From: Phoronis australis
Taxonomy: Eukaryota > Animalia > Phoronida
Assembly: GCA_002633005.1 (NCBI GenBank)
Contig: NMRA01000453.1
Coordinates: forward strand, 302,872-366,871
Length of the DNA: 64,000 nt
Direction: 5' to 3'
In this document: one piece after another, positions 25,841 through 38,642 of the stretch
Position numbering within the stretch: the first letter of the stretch is position 1
Layout: each line of letters begins with the position of its first letter
Made by a program: the position numbers and the translations under genes
The notes under the pieces: generated by a model
Databases searched by the model: none
What the model saw: the letters and a program-made list of their open reading frames with translations, nothing else
Told to the model about the DNA's origin: nothing

Positions 25841-27282
25841 CATGGCTAAGTCGTTATCCCCCGTAATCTAGAGCCCGAGTAGATTTTGGAAAATTATCGC
25901 CCGTGGGGCAAAATCCACTAGGTAAGGGGGATAACGACTGAGAACACGTAATAATCTATTTATATCATATGCTGAACGATAAACATTGCAATGAATCGAT
26001 CTACCTTTCTAGATTAGCCTCGGCTTTTGTAACTACTTCCTGTGTCAGAGACCTGGGGTAGGAGGTTGTGACCTTTTAAGAAACGCCGAGCTATTCTTGT
26101 TAAAATGATGTTTGGCTTCAGTAGCGGATCTAGGATATCACAAGGGGGGGGGGGCCAACTTTTTGTCCGGCTGTANNNNNNNNNNNNNNNNNNNNNNNNN
26201 NNNNNNNNNNNNNNNNNNNNNNNNNNNNNNNNNNNNNNNNNNNNNNAAAATTAAATAATTAAAGTGAATCTGTAAAATATTTTTTAAGCAATTAGTCTAG
26301 CTTACTACACAACTTATCATGATAAGCTTCCACCGTGAAAATATCGTCTTCTAAAGTAGGTTACCACTAGTTACTGAGTATAATGTCCAAGTCAAAGGAT
26401 ACCGACGACATGTTACTCGCATTCAAACTGGAGATCGTTGAGTTACAAGTGAGAGAAAGTGATACATAAATTTTACTGAATTAAAGAAGCCGTTTTTACT
26501 GAAATCGTGCGTCTTATTTTTTGCAGCTTATAAATGTCGGTACGCTGCCGTTTGTTAAACATACGATTGTTGCGCGTGCTCATTAAGTATTCTATTTTCA
26601 CGTTCGATGACGTCAGCTGCTGAGTGGTGCAGTCATAGACAGTGGTAAAGTCGACGAATCGAAACTCTTGCGAAGCGGGTTCGAAACCGTCAACGATTTT
26701 CCCGCCAAAATGTTATTCAACGCGCGCTTATTTAACGGTTGTATTGGCCATTTCAGAATGACAGTGTGGTATAGTCCATTTAGTTATCTCACTAGTGAGA
26801 TCACATTTTGGAGGGAATCGAGGCCGCTTTCGAACACGGTCCACAAGAGTTTCGAGTCGTAGACTTTACCACTGCACCACTCAGCGGTTGACGTCATCAA
26901 ACGTGAAAATAGAATACTTAAATGAGCACGCGTAACAATCGCGTGAACAACAAAGGGCATTGTACCGTCATTTATACGCTATGAAAAATAAGACGCATAA
27001 TTTTCATAAAAACGATATTTTAATTCAGTGAAATTTATCTCTCATTTTCTCTCACTTGTAAATCACCGATCACCAAATTGAATTTATAGATTCACTTTCT
27101 TTCCATTTTGTTTAAATTTTCAATTAGTTTTGAGTAAAAGCATCATTTGACAAAGATTGCTCGGCGTTTGGAGTATTATCGCCCTCGGGCGTTAGCCCCT
27201 CGGGTGATAATTCTAGATCTCCAAAATCCACTCGAGTTCTCGAATACGGGGGATAACGACTGAGAACATGTAATAATCTATA
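25835..27282. mobile_element. Foldback-type element with nested inverted repeats and tRNA-like arms
   Basis: Outer IR (AGTCGTTATCCCCCGTA...GAGTAGATTTTGGA at 25849 vs TCCAAAATCCACTC...TACGGGGGATAACGACT at 27220-27261); inner IR of about 260 bp (26430-26690 vs 26820-27075); a third arm copy at about 43760-44260. Confidence 0.7.
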
Positions 27283-28041
27283 TGTAAACTTTTCCTACAT
27301 TCTTGAAAAAGTGTCAAATTCACTCATTTCAGACCCCTCATGTGCCATCGAAAATAATAACGGTGTCATCGGCTTATCGCATTATTCTTTAAGATAACAT
27401 ACCTAAATTTATTCCTTTAATTCCAAGGTTTTGCCTAAACAAGATACCCACAATCTCCGCATACATTGTGAACAAATATGGAGAAATCGGACCCCCCCGT
27501 CGGCACCCACGACCAATTTCAAAGTACTCTGTAATGAAATTGTGCTAGATCCCGTATTGAGGAGACGAACTCATCTAATGAAGCCTTTTCGAAGATTGAA
27601 AAATAACCACGTTTATGTATGATTTCAGGACAGAAATACCTTCTCAAAATCTACCATCACTGATAATCCAGGAATAGTTCCGCGTTCAGTATGTTACATT
27701 AAATCATAAATGTTTCTAGAATCGTCTCCGAATAGGGCGCTAGTTGGTGATGTATTCTTGACAATTAATACCTTTTTGTTAGAGCGAAATCACATCCGGC
27801 TGGTTTTGGCTGGGAGGCAAAGCTCCTTTAACAAAGCTATTGTTAAATGAGCGAGTCAGAAAAGAGGAAACATTTTGCCAGAAAAAGTTAAAAAAACTTA
27901 TTTGATAAGCCGACGGGAAACCACCGGTCATGATCGTAGCCACTTGACTGGTAGTAGTACAGGGTATGGTGTTTTTGTTTTGCCATTACATTGACCCCCG
28001 GCATTATACTCAGTATCCACTAGATTTAGTAGTCTGGTCAC

Positions 28042-28200
28042 CAGGGGCAGATGCAGGATTTTGAGTTAGGGGGGCCAGGGCAGAGTATTTGCCAGGATTT
28101 TTCTCGTCAGACATTCACACTCTTCGAACTGTCAAATGGAATCTTGGAGAATTTTAGGGGGGGGCATGGCCCCCTCGGTCCCCCTCTATGACCGCCACTG
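28042..28200. mobile_element. MITE, CAGGGGC...GCCACTG termini, imperfect 5-bp TSD (GTCAC/GTCAA)
   Basis: Alignable over its whole length with 51771-51932. Confidence 0.75.
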
Positions 28201-31200
28201 GTCAATGCATTTTTCCATGTTATGCAGTTGTGCAAATGTCATGAAATGATGTTTCCAAATTTGTTTAACGATTGTAGTGGTTTGTTAATCAAAGTATTCA
28301 TTGCCATTTGATAACAATGCTATCGCTTGGCGTTTTCCTTGGTGTACCCTTGTGTCCGCCTTGTCATTGATATTTTTAGGGATTCTGTATTTTGCTGCCA
28401 CAGCAGTTTTGGATCTTCTCTATTATAGTATTTTTGGAGCCACATGGGTGTAAGACAGCCACTATATACATCATGTTGCAACACAAATGAAGAGCATTTG
28501 AATTAATGCATAATTTCCTGTAAAACAACTGCAAGCTGTAGACAGTGACATTCTATCTCACGACTTTTCCCATTGGGATCACCATCACATTTTAAAAGAC
28601 ATTGGAGCGGCTTTCATTATATGATGGGGTTGCAAGTTTCACTATCACATGTACCAAATAGAATTATGAAAGGGACTAGCAGGCATTTGTTCAACATAAT
28701 GATACGAAAATTAAGACTTTTGGCTGTTGTTTTGATTTTGTATTAATAAAATATCTTTGATAGGATGCGTGCGTTTTTGATTTTTCGGTAAGTGTCTTCA
28801 TTTCAAAAAAACACAAATCAGTACAGCAATTAAATCTACAGTCTTGAATCAATTAAAGCTGTATTTCAAAATGATACCAGAATGAGATGTCTTCTTTCAA
28901 ACTATCGGTCTTATAATATTTCATACAGCTATAAGATTCAATTTCCGTTTCAGGCAATGCGTAGGATGCATGTCATATTCACGTTTTCGCTATTTTAATG
29001 AAAATTGCATGTATTGTATACGGAGGCCAAATGCCGATTTAAGTGTTTTGGTATGTGTTGGTTCCGCGGTGGGGAGTGGTACCTCTCTCATGGTATTGGT
29101 CCAATGCTTCATTTCACCACTATGTACGTTAACTTGTCCTTAGAGTACTTCAAACAACCACCGTGTATTTATTTAGTAAAATACATTCAACTTATTTGCA
29201 TGGTTCTTTGTTTCCCAAGCTTCGTGTCATTTGTTTCATTCATATCTTAATTCAAAAACATGTATGTTAAACATCAAATATTAAATATGTTTGTGAACTG
29301 GCATAATTTTCCAACCTTAATAAGCTTCACTTTTTGACGCTTAGCTGGAATTCTTCGCCAACGTTATTAAGTGAATCGTCTGTTCAAACAGTAGAAATTT
29401 CCTGAGTCTGAAATTCACTTCCGTTCGTTTATAGAAACATGGCAATCAGCAACAAGGGGTTTGTTTGGAAAGGAAGAAACACATCGGCTGACTGCACACG
29501 TAGTATGAGATGTATTGTTGCACTCGAACCATATATTCGCCCGCGAGTGCAAACACACATGTCAAATTTACAGGGAATTTAACAATTAACTTGGAAACTT
29601 TTCAGTGGCCCTCTTCACTGAGGTGGATATGACCGATTTTTTGAAGAAAGAGCCATATACAATGAGTATGCGAATCATTCAGAAAGAGCAACTTCAACTA
29701 CAATGAATTGATGAAGGTTATGATTTATCCAGGTACATCTACGACGTATTTGACTATCTATGAATATTTAATGTTGACGTAACTCAATTTCAAACTAGTG
29801 TTTTGCTAAATATGAAAAAAAATATCGAAGACAGGGTTTTAAACGTGCTGTAAGTATTTGAAAGTCTTAATTTTAGTGCCTTAGAGCTGCCAAATACATG
29901 TACACAACAAGCAGGTTGGCATACAGTGTTTTTATTTTATATCATTGGAAAACCGTATCTTAGTAGAGGGGGCAGATGAGATGTAATAAAGTAAATAACA
30001 TACGTTCAAAACTGCTCCTGGCGGTGTAGTTTAGTGAAACAACTATAAATATTTTTTCAAAACATATGCATATCAATCCATGCTTATTAGTTTAGTAGAA
30101 AATAAATACCTGTACAAATAGAAAAATAGAAAATCGAGAATACAAGGGTGTGAAAACAGGCTTCAACCCCGTAAAAGTCGTTGTAGCTTACAACTGGATA
30201 GAACGCGTTAACTTTCGACCACTTATTACAGGTCTTTTAGAATCACCCTTTCTCCAAATCTTATGGAAATCGGATGACCTCATCTTGACGCCAGATGGTC
30301 GCTGATCTCACAAACTAGTATTTGAATGTGAGCACGAAAATGCAGACATCACCAATGTGCTTCCTTACAAAAATGCATTTTCGGTGTCAACAAATTATCA
30401 AATTCCAGAAGATTCGATCTGTGAAGTGTAGGCAAAATTTCGAAAAGTTGTGTAGTTTGAAGCGCTCCTAAATTATATTTTTTGAGGTTTTAGAAATTAT
30501 TTTGAGAAATAATAGAGGAATTTTGAATTTTAAAGAAAAATTAATGATTGCCACCACGTGTCATCAGTGGAAGACGCAGCCTCGTCCTCGAGCCTCACAG
30601 TGGCTCTGATCCGTTCAATGATTTGAGCCTAGTTTTTGATTTGAATACTGTGCGATGGAGCTTGATGACTATTATGAACACAAGTATGGGGATTTGGGTT
30701 TTTATTTTGAAAACATAATGATATATTGGCATCATTAAGGAATGTGTTGCATCAAATTTAGCTTGTGTTAACATTCATTTTGTAGAAATTTTAACGTATA
30801 AGAAGACGGAACCCTAAAGGTGTCTGGGAGTAGTGAAATCTCTTATACTTTGATTTTGTCCTGAATTATCAAATGTTAAAGTCTCACTGACATGATATAT
30901 TCGGCGAACGGACACTCCAATGGATTCCACGTTAAATACTTATCTTTTTGGCTTAAGTTTGAATGGTTTCAGCAAACAAAGCTGCTGAGTGGGTGCAATC
31001 ACGAAACATTTTTCCAATGCTTCTAACAGGTCCGGGCCCATTGACTGTTACGACTTGGTACAAGTAGACATGACCAACAGAGCAGAATTTCTGGCACGCA
31101 ATCTAAAAACCACGCGTAATCATAAATTTAGGCAGTCTATGAATTTTCACCAAAATTTAATAAAGGTTGTCATTTGATTTGAAACGACAACCTTGCTTTT

Positions 31201-31414
31201 GGAAATTTAGAACAACTGCTTTTATTTGGCGCTTTCAGGGAGATTTGCAAAAACTTGCAAAATATTTTCCGTAACCCGAGCTAAACACAAACAAAAGATC
31301 TTCGTTGACAATCCATTGTCAGCTTTCAGTAAAAACTCGAAAAATTTGACTGCTGCTTTTTCGTTATATGATGATAAGTCACTGTTGCATTGTTGATCCA
31401 CAGAATCCCAGTTA

Positions 31415-32238
31415 TTTCGTGCGTAAGCCAATGCAAGCTTCAAATCTACCAAAGTGTTTTTCATCCATAAGAAGCAGTGTTGCTTAGTGGGAAAAGTGTC
31501 CGTTTCCTTTATTCAAGGTCACGAGTTCGTCCCGCTGGAACACGCTGCCAATCCATTGAACGAGTCTAAAGCTCATCAGATCTATTTTAACTACACTTGT
31601 ACATTAATAAACCATAAAAATAAAAAATGGAGTTGTAAGTAGCTGCTCGTCTGCTCTGCGTCACGTCTAATGCAAACACAAAGCAGTTCATCCAGAAAAC
31701 ATGTTTTCGAGGGAAACAACAGTTTTTTAGCATTTAGTAAGTACATATGTTTTCGTTCATATGCGGAGCGGTTGACGAAACCTCCCGGCTTACATAAACA
31801 TAGGCACACGTTTTCGAAACGAAACNATTTCGTGCGTAAGCCAATGCAAACTTCAAATCTACCAAAGTGTTTTTCATCCATAAGAAGCAGTGTTGCTTAG
31901 TGGGAAAAGTGTCCGTTTCCTTTATTCAAGGTCACGAGTTCGTCCCGCTGGAACACGCTGCCAATCCATTGAATGAGTCTAAAGCTCATCAGATCTATTT
32001 TAACTACACTTGTACATTAATAAACCATAAAAATAAAAAATGGAGTTGTAAGTAGCTGCTCGTCTGCTCTGCGTCACGTCTAATGCAAACACAAAGCAGT
32101 TCATCCAGAAAACATGTTTTCGAGGGAAACAACAGTTTTTTAGCATTTAGTAAGTACATATGTTTTCGTTCATATGCGGAGCGGTTGACGAAACCTCCCG
32201 GCTTACATAAACATAGGCACACGTTTTCGAAACGAAAC
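31415..32238. repeat. Near-identical 413-bp tandem duplication (possible assembly artefact)
   Basis: Identical ORFs at 31454 and 31867; a single N at the junction (31826). Confidence 0.85.
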
Positions 32239-33174
32239 CTTGGTATTGCAGCCCCGTGACTGCAGGTTAAGACTGGCCGTTTTGCTTGCTGGGCCTTATG
32301 CCGTTGTGCTTGTGGTAGAATGTGACGATTCGTACAATTACTGTCCAATACATATATGTATCTTTGTTGATTTGACATGAAATGACGTGTACTGCCATGG
32401 TTACCTAAACAAATTTCCAAGACTAAATTGTCATTTTTAGTATAATGGCAAGATCATCAAGTAATTTTACCTTTAGACTCGCCAATGACATTGAAAATGG
32501 AATACTTTCCCAACGCTTCCTCTGAGTTTGGTGCAGCTATTACTGAGAGCACTTACACCCACAAGCATTGGTTCTTTGTACACGTATATGCATGAGGCAA
32601 TTGTACCTTGGAATTTAGAAGTGTTTATGACGTTTTAAAACCATTACACTGAAAATCCTAGCACTGAAATAGTCGCTTTGACATATTAAATGAAGTTACA
32701 TGTAAGAGTGCACATGTAGAACGTTTAAAAGGGTACTTAGCGGCTTAACTGGTAATAATCTTGCAACAAAACTGTTTATAACTAGCGTTTCTTAGAAATC
32801 GCCAGAAAGTACTTATACGATTTTAAGTTTCTGCATGCATGCTATCAAAATGAGTGCATAAACATATTTACAAAAACATATTCAATCATGACAAAATGCA
32901 AGGATTGAAAAAAGATCTACATAATTACGTCATGACATTTTACTCAATAGTTATTATCTGGATCAAAACCAATTACGCAAATATGGTATCATTGTATCTC
33001 AAACTGTTGAGAGTAAAGGTATACTAGACCCAATTTTCAGAACAACTGTACGTCTATTAAAATCCATATAGTGTTCACTGTAAAATTATAACAAACGTTG
33101 GTCCATTAGCAAAAAAAAAACAATTTAATTCATACATACATCATTCTTTTAGTGTATCCAAGATGGCACATTAC

Positions 33175-33217
33175 CTGGTATGACAAGAAAAATGACCAAT
33201 AGAACGTGTGTCGTCAT
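33175..33217 (-). CDS. nAChR copy A probable exon 1: signal peptide
   Basis: ATG at 33217, CAG|GTAATG donor, 43 bp phase 1; joined to exon 2 it gives MTTHVLLVIFLVIPVCLC-SSGEY, a plausible signal peptide. Total CDS 1425 bp = 474 aa. Implies a 9.3-kb first intron. Confidence 0.72.
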
Positions 33218-33574
33218 GTCAGCTTGCCTTGTCCACCTCAGCTTTTAATTTCGAGTGTCGACGCTGGACGAAACAATTCATTATGCTTAGCATTCATTGC
33301 AATCGATTTCTAAAGTGAAACGTCAAAAACCAACCATGAAGGCAAAGTGACTAAATTTACCAACGATGTTAATGTTTTGAGTGTTAATTGAATTGATTGG
33401 GAGAGCTAATTTCATGCTCACGTATGGGGAAAAACAACAAATGGGCTTTGGTAACAGTCGATTATTGTTTAAAAGATATATTATCTACGTAAGTGTTGTG
33501 CAGTTACTTTCATCACAAAGATGGACTCCAGGGAATGCCCGTATTACGATAATGATCTCATACGAAATACTAAA

Positions 33575-34040
33575 TCTTTATCTACTGTGTAAGCAGGGAA
33601 TAGTTGTATATAACACGCCCATATTTTGAGAACCAGTTCGATGGTCGTTGTATATTCTATATCGGAGTCACACAGAGACCCCTCTGTGACAGGCTGAAAG
33701 AACATCACACCTCAGAGAAAAGCAACATATATAGGCAATCACCAAGCCAATTCAGTTAGTATTCCATGTGTCTGCAGCGAACCTAATAAGGAGTTACTGT
33801 ACATTAAAGAGTCATTGGCCATTCAGAACCAGCATGCCACGGATTCTCTGAATAGCATGCAGAGCTCAGTGACACTGCAACTATGGTGATGACCAGCTAC
33901 TTGACATTGTTCCCTGTATCTCTCACTTCTCTTTATGGATGTTACCTGAGCCGTTTGTTTGCACTTGCTGTCCTAAATTGTTGTAAATATGACCCTGATG
34001 ATGTCTAATGATTAGACGAAACGTTGATAGGACATGAAAT
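33575..34040 (+). mobile_element. Penelope-like retroelement 3' fragment (GIY-YIG endonuclease remnant plus tail)
   Basis: From 33655: FYIGVTQRPLCDRLKEHHTSEKSNIY, then LLYIKESLAIQ...LNSMQSSVTLQLW* (stop 33887-33889), the PLE GIY-YIG pattern; followed by a hammerhead motif. Confidence 0.8.
33988..34036 (+). ncRNA. Minimal type I hammerhead ribozyme motif (Penelope-associated)
   Basis: CTGATGA (33995-34001), stem II GTCTAAT/ATTAGAC, GAAAC, palindromic AACGTT; stem I (ATGACCC vs AGGACAT) is imperfect and the cleavage triplet is unclear. Confidence 0.55.
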
Positions 34041-34930
34041 TTTTTATTTGTGCGGCGATCGTCCTGCTTTTAACTTTAGTTAGTAAAAATATGTAATTTA
34101 CCTGAATGCTTAAATCGTTTCCTCTGGTCCAAGTGAAAGAAAGTCCCACAGGAAATCGTGCTGGCATTGCAACGATCTTTAGTCAGCGCCAATGTTGTCA
34201 GAGTGTGATCTCCATTGTTCAAGAGTTTTATGTCCTTGAGAAAGTCGCTAGCATATTCAAAAAAGAACCAGGTCGAATGAGACACCCTTAGATATGTGTT
34301 TCGTCCGACTGATTCGCTGATTGTGACATGATCCGTTCACAACATAAAAATGAAATACAGGTGAACAGCGTAACCATGCTCTGCCTAAAACGGTAAGCGG
34401 TGTAGTCGTTACCATCGTTACCATCTCATTTGAAATATTCACAAAGCAACAACCGTGCGTAAGCGTGAAGAAGGACTTAAAACGTCGTCGGACTTTTTTG
34501 AAAACAAACATATAAATATTTAGATGTCACGGCAAGTATAAATAGTAGCCAAATTCAGTCTTATGAGGTTTTTGTTCTTTATAACTTTAATTGCCATTGT
34601 ATCTTGTAAATCTGGCAACATTCGCTGTCAGAGCACTCAAGCCGGCCCCTATGTCATTCAATGCAATTTTGAGGCATATGAATTCAAATTAGGACAGGCC
34701 AGTTGTACACAAATTTTATATTGCCAAAAATGTCTTACGACACTCAATGTTTTGGAATTCAGATGAGATATACTTGTGGGATAGGTAGGTGAGTATTTTT
34801 ATTTCCAGATACGTACATGTATATTTAAAATCAGTTGAAACAAAGACGGGCAAAATCTAATGAGAATTTTGCGTTGTGTTAAAATAAATTTTTACTTTTT
34901 AAAAATACCTGCAAGGTATATTTTTTTGAG

Positions 34931-35155
34931 TACTGGGATGACGGCTTAGCCGCACAAGCTAAGGCAGTGGGGAAAAGTGTGACTTACAACGGCGGCACAG
35001 CACTGAGAAACAACACGGTCCACAGTTGGTCAGAACCTTGGCTGGAATTCACACAATACTGATCTTTGGCACATTGTGAATCAGTGGTACAACAAAAAGC
35101 CATATTAGGGCTTTGACAGTCATACATACTCGGGAATCTGCGCCATCATACTCAG
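34931..35155 (+). pseudogene. Disabled copy of the CAP exon at 729-974
   Basis: First ~30 nt identical to 729 onward (TACTGGGATGACGGCTTAGCCGCACAAGCT); then a frameshift, deletion of the FEHGGNR-coding stretch, TAT->TAG stop, and donor GT replaced by AT. The upstream intron (about 34400-34930) also resembles 200-728. Confidence 0.9.
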
Positions 35156-36729
35156 ATATCCGGCCAGTTATGAAGTGAATGTTTACGAATTGTTGATTGC
35201 ATTTACAATGTACTCCGGTTATTGTGAGGAACTGGCCAGCATGAGTTTTCGCATACCGCCGCAAAATTCTTAGCGATTGGATGGAGGGGGCTGAAATGAG
35301 TAGCATCTTGCAATGAACAGCAGAACCCAGACATAAAATTGAAATGGAAATAGACGGGGAATACAGCATAGGGTCGTGGTTCTATTATGGTCCACCTTGC
35401 TATGCCAGTGGCATGTTCCGAAACTATCAACACTCAAAACAACTTCATTTTTGTACATGGATAGGTATCCTAACAAATACCCAAATGCCACATTCTGTGC
35501 ACTCAATGACCCCTAATTTCACCGCTGGAACACTAGATCGCAATCTGTCATATTAGCAGTCCCCGGAATTGTATTTTTTGTTTTCAGCAACGGAAACAAG
35601 AAAATTACAAAATACATTGAAAGTTGTGATTTGGTGGCTAGAAAAACTAGAAGTATACTGTAAATAATTACTTGACATTTACCCAAATTTGACCACTTCT
35701 CCTAGCTAATTTTGGTGGCCGATCTTGAGACCTTCTTAAAGCCATATTGCACCTTGTAGCTGTACGAACCTTTTTGAACAAACAGCTAAGGAGTAAATCT
35801 TGATGACTCAGGCAAAATATCTTGCCTCAACACCAACTTATAATGAAAATTGTCTTGCAAAACTGTCGATTTTGGAAACGATGAGAAGAATTCACAGACA
35901 AATTGAACGAAATTTTGAACAAGAAATGTGTTTTGAATTGTTATAAAATCATGTCTAAGGCCTTTCAAATGACTATTACGCGATCAGTATCAAAACTAGA
36001 TACGATGTCCTGTGAGCCAGTTGTACATATAAGCCTCTTGTTTTCTACCATTATCATTTATTTGACAATTTCAGGTCAATTCAATAGAAATAAATCACTT
36101 TGAAGTTTGAATTCGTTAGAATTGTTATTTCAAAACACTGGTTTTGATGCTATCTTATTCTTAACGACAAAATGAAGAACGAAGGTCATTTGTTTTCGTT
36201 TAGAGAGTTTTCATCAAACAAGCGGGATCACAAAAGCTTTGAGACTTTAGTCAGCCAAGCTGAAGACAATTCAGAACATATGAGATGCTGAAAATATCAC
36301 ATAAATCAAGGCCAGTGACAGAATATGAGCGCGTACTAGCCAGAATAGGTAAATTTTTGATTGAGCAGGACCAGTCGTGAAGTCAAATCATACAATGTAT
36401 GCGATGTTCACCGAAGCGAATTTGGTCGCGGTTTTGCCCAAGCAAAAAGTTTCTGTACCCTGAACACCCAAGAACTTCTAGAAGAATATCTGAGTGAGGT
36501 ATTGACTTCAACATTTCACGGTGGACATTGGCTCAGTTTGAACAGGCTCAGAATTTGCACCACCCGGTACATTCGACTACAAGAGACACAAGATCATGAG
36601 TCACAGTTGGAAACATGACCCAAATTTGTTTTCCTGATGCTCGCCATACATGTGCATATATACATGTACTATATATTTTATCGTAGTTAATCGTAGTTTG
36701 TAGTGGAGGTGAAATGACAGTAGTCGGTC

Positions 36730-36930
36730 CAGTGGCGTAGCGAGCACCTTCTTGCCCCCCGTCGACCAATTTACTAAGTGGCGCCCCCATCCCCGGGTGG
36801 TAGCTGTGTAACCCATCCTCAGTTAACAGATGCTCAGTGCCCCCTTGGACGACATCTGTTTAGCACCAAACCCCCATCCCCCGTTGGACAGGCCCCCGGC
36901 GGCATCAGACCCTCCTTGCTACGGACATAG
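36730..36930. mobile_element. MITE, CAGTGGCGTAGC...GCTACGGACATAG, imperfect 6-bp TSD
   Basis: Degenerate TIRs flanked by TCGGTC/TCAGTC. Confidence 0.55.
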
Positions 36931-37084
36931 TCAGTCACTCGGTATGTTTGCTATGAAATCCAGACGTTTGTGTTGATTCGGCTGGTAGTCTCTTCTACAG
37001 TTTCCATGTAAACAAACAGCGACGCCATCTATCATTTAGACGAAGCATGCATGCCAGTCACAATTTATGTATATATTTTTTGTA

Positions 37085-38642
37085 ATGAGTGTGTTTTTGA
37101 GAGAAATGTAATTTCAAACGGCTTCCGCTTTTTCTCTAAAATTCAATTGTTTTATGTCGCCAAATTTGGCCGAAATGGCTTCATTGAAAACCACACAAAA
37201 TAAAACGAAACAAAACATACAAATTTGAAGATGAATTTTGAAATATATGCCATGTAATTATTCAAACATAGTCCTTTAAAACCGTATCATTTACTTACTA
37301 CTATCTTACTACACATGCTAGTAAAATGGATTTAAACATGTCTACTTTGGCCCCAATTTTGTTGCAAAGTGGAGGTACATGTCTTAAAGAGAAATAATGG
37401 ATAGCAATTCTTAAAAGTCGAAATTTTTCTACCAAACCAAACTCACGTGCTAAGTCTAAATAAATCTGTGATTTTGGGTATAGACTTTACCTGTTGGATT
37501 TTATACGGTGTCACTCAACCTGTTGATATCTCGTATGAGGGACAATTGGTAGGCTTGGGAGGAACGGACATTTCGTCATCTATTCAAACCAAGGTTACAT
37601 AAATGTTATTCGTCTGAGGAAATAACGGACTGTCGATTATTCCTGAGCCAGAGAAATCGTTTCTAATATGAGTAAGTAACAAGATGAGACGATAAATGGC
37701 TTACATCAGCACTGGCTTGACAGAAAGCACATGTTTAATGTCGTGTTAAATTTGTGAAGGTGAAGAATACGAAAGTTAACTAATGGAATAGGGAATCAGC
37801 ACAAGGTAACGCAAAGGCTCGAGTCTTTTTGGTTATCTCTGAAGTTTGCAGGTTGTCAACTGACGATCAGTTTCACTCAACGTGTTTGTAGCCTGGGTGT
37901 GCAGCATTGAAAAAAGTGGGAGGGCTAAAGCCCCCTAAACCCCCCTGTGGTGCACGCATATAGACCATGTTCGACGTAGCACTGAAAAAAGTGGGGGCTA
38001 TAGTCCCCCCCAGCCCCCTATGGTGCGCCGCCGATGTGTAGTGCCACTTCAAATGACAGATGTCTTAACAAAGAGACTATGAACACGACCCAGAATAATC
38101 AACTGTAAGTTAAACTGAGCGCAGATTCGGCAGGTCAAAAATGAATACCTACTGCGATTTCAAAGTAAGATTAATAATAAAAGGAGGACACGGAAACTAC
38201 GAATGGAATCTCAAATCTCGTATTGAATATTGCAATTTGTTATCGCCCTATTCAAACGATCAATCGGTGAATTTGAAAATTTTAAACATGCTAAAGCTCT
38301 TGGTAAATGTTAATTGGTTTCCAGCAATATGTTTTTAATCTGAAACGAACTATGTTATTCTTACCTTGAAGGATTGAACGTTATTTCGAAGTTTTGTTTT
38401 CCACAGCTTCATGGCCTGAAGTTTCCGTCATATGAAGCTAGCCAGTAAAGCCAGAACGCACGCATTGTTAAGAGCACGAGCTTATATATATTTTTTATGT
38501 TGGCCTGCCGTGTTCGTTTTTTAGTGATGACGTATCTGTCACTATTATGACACGATTTGGACACTCAATTACTAATACGAATAGAACTCCACAGTGACTG
38601 TGTCACATCATAGGATCTTGATTTTTTCCTAATCAGGTTAAC
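37085..38642 (+). repeat. 1.55-kb duplicated segment, copy 1 (contains dimeric MITE 37892-38036 with TSD TGTAG)
   Basis: Collinear and highly similar to 60740-63516; ORFs 38141 and 63011 differ at only a few residues. Confidence 0.9.

Noticed and set aside
31415-32238. 413-bp tandem duplication as a biological event or duplicated gene
   Set aside because: Near identity with an N at the junction suggests an unmerged contig overlap; the ORFs have no motif I recognise.
38364-38412. Alternative exon 1 for nAChR A (MKLWKTKLRNNVQSFK|GTAAGA)
   Set aside because: Phase 0 is incompatible with the phase-1 exon 2, it is not a signal peptide, and it lies in a duplicated segment.
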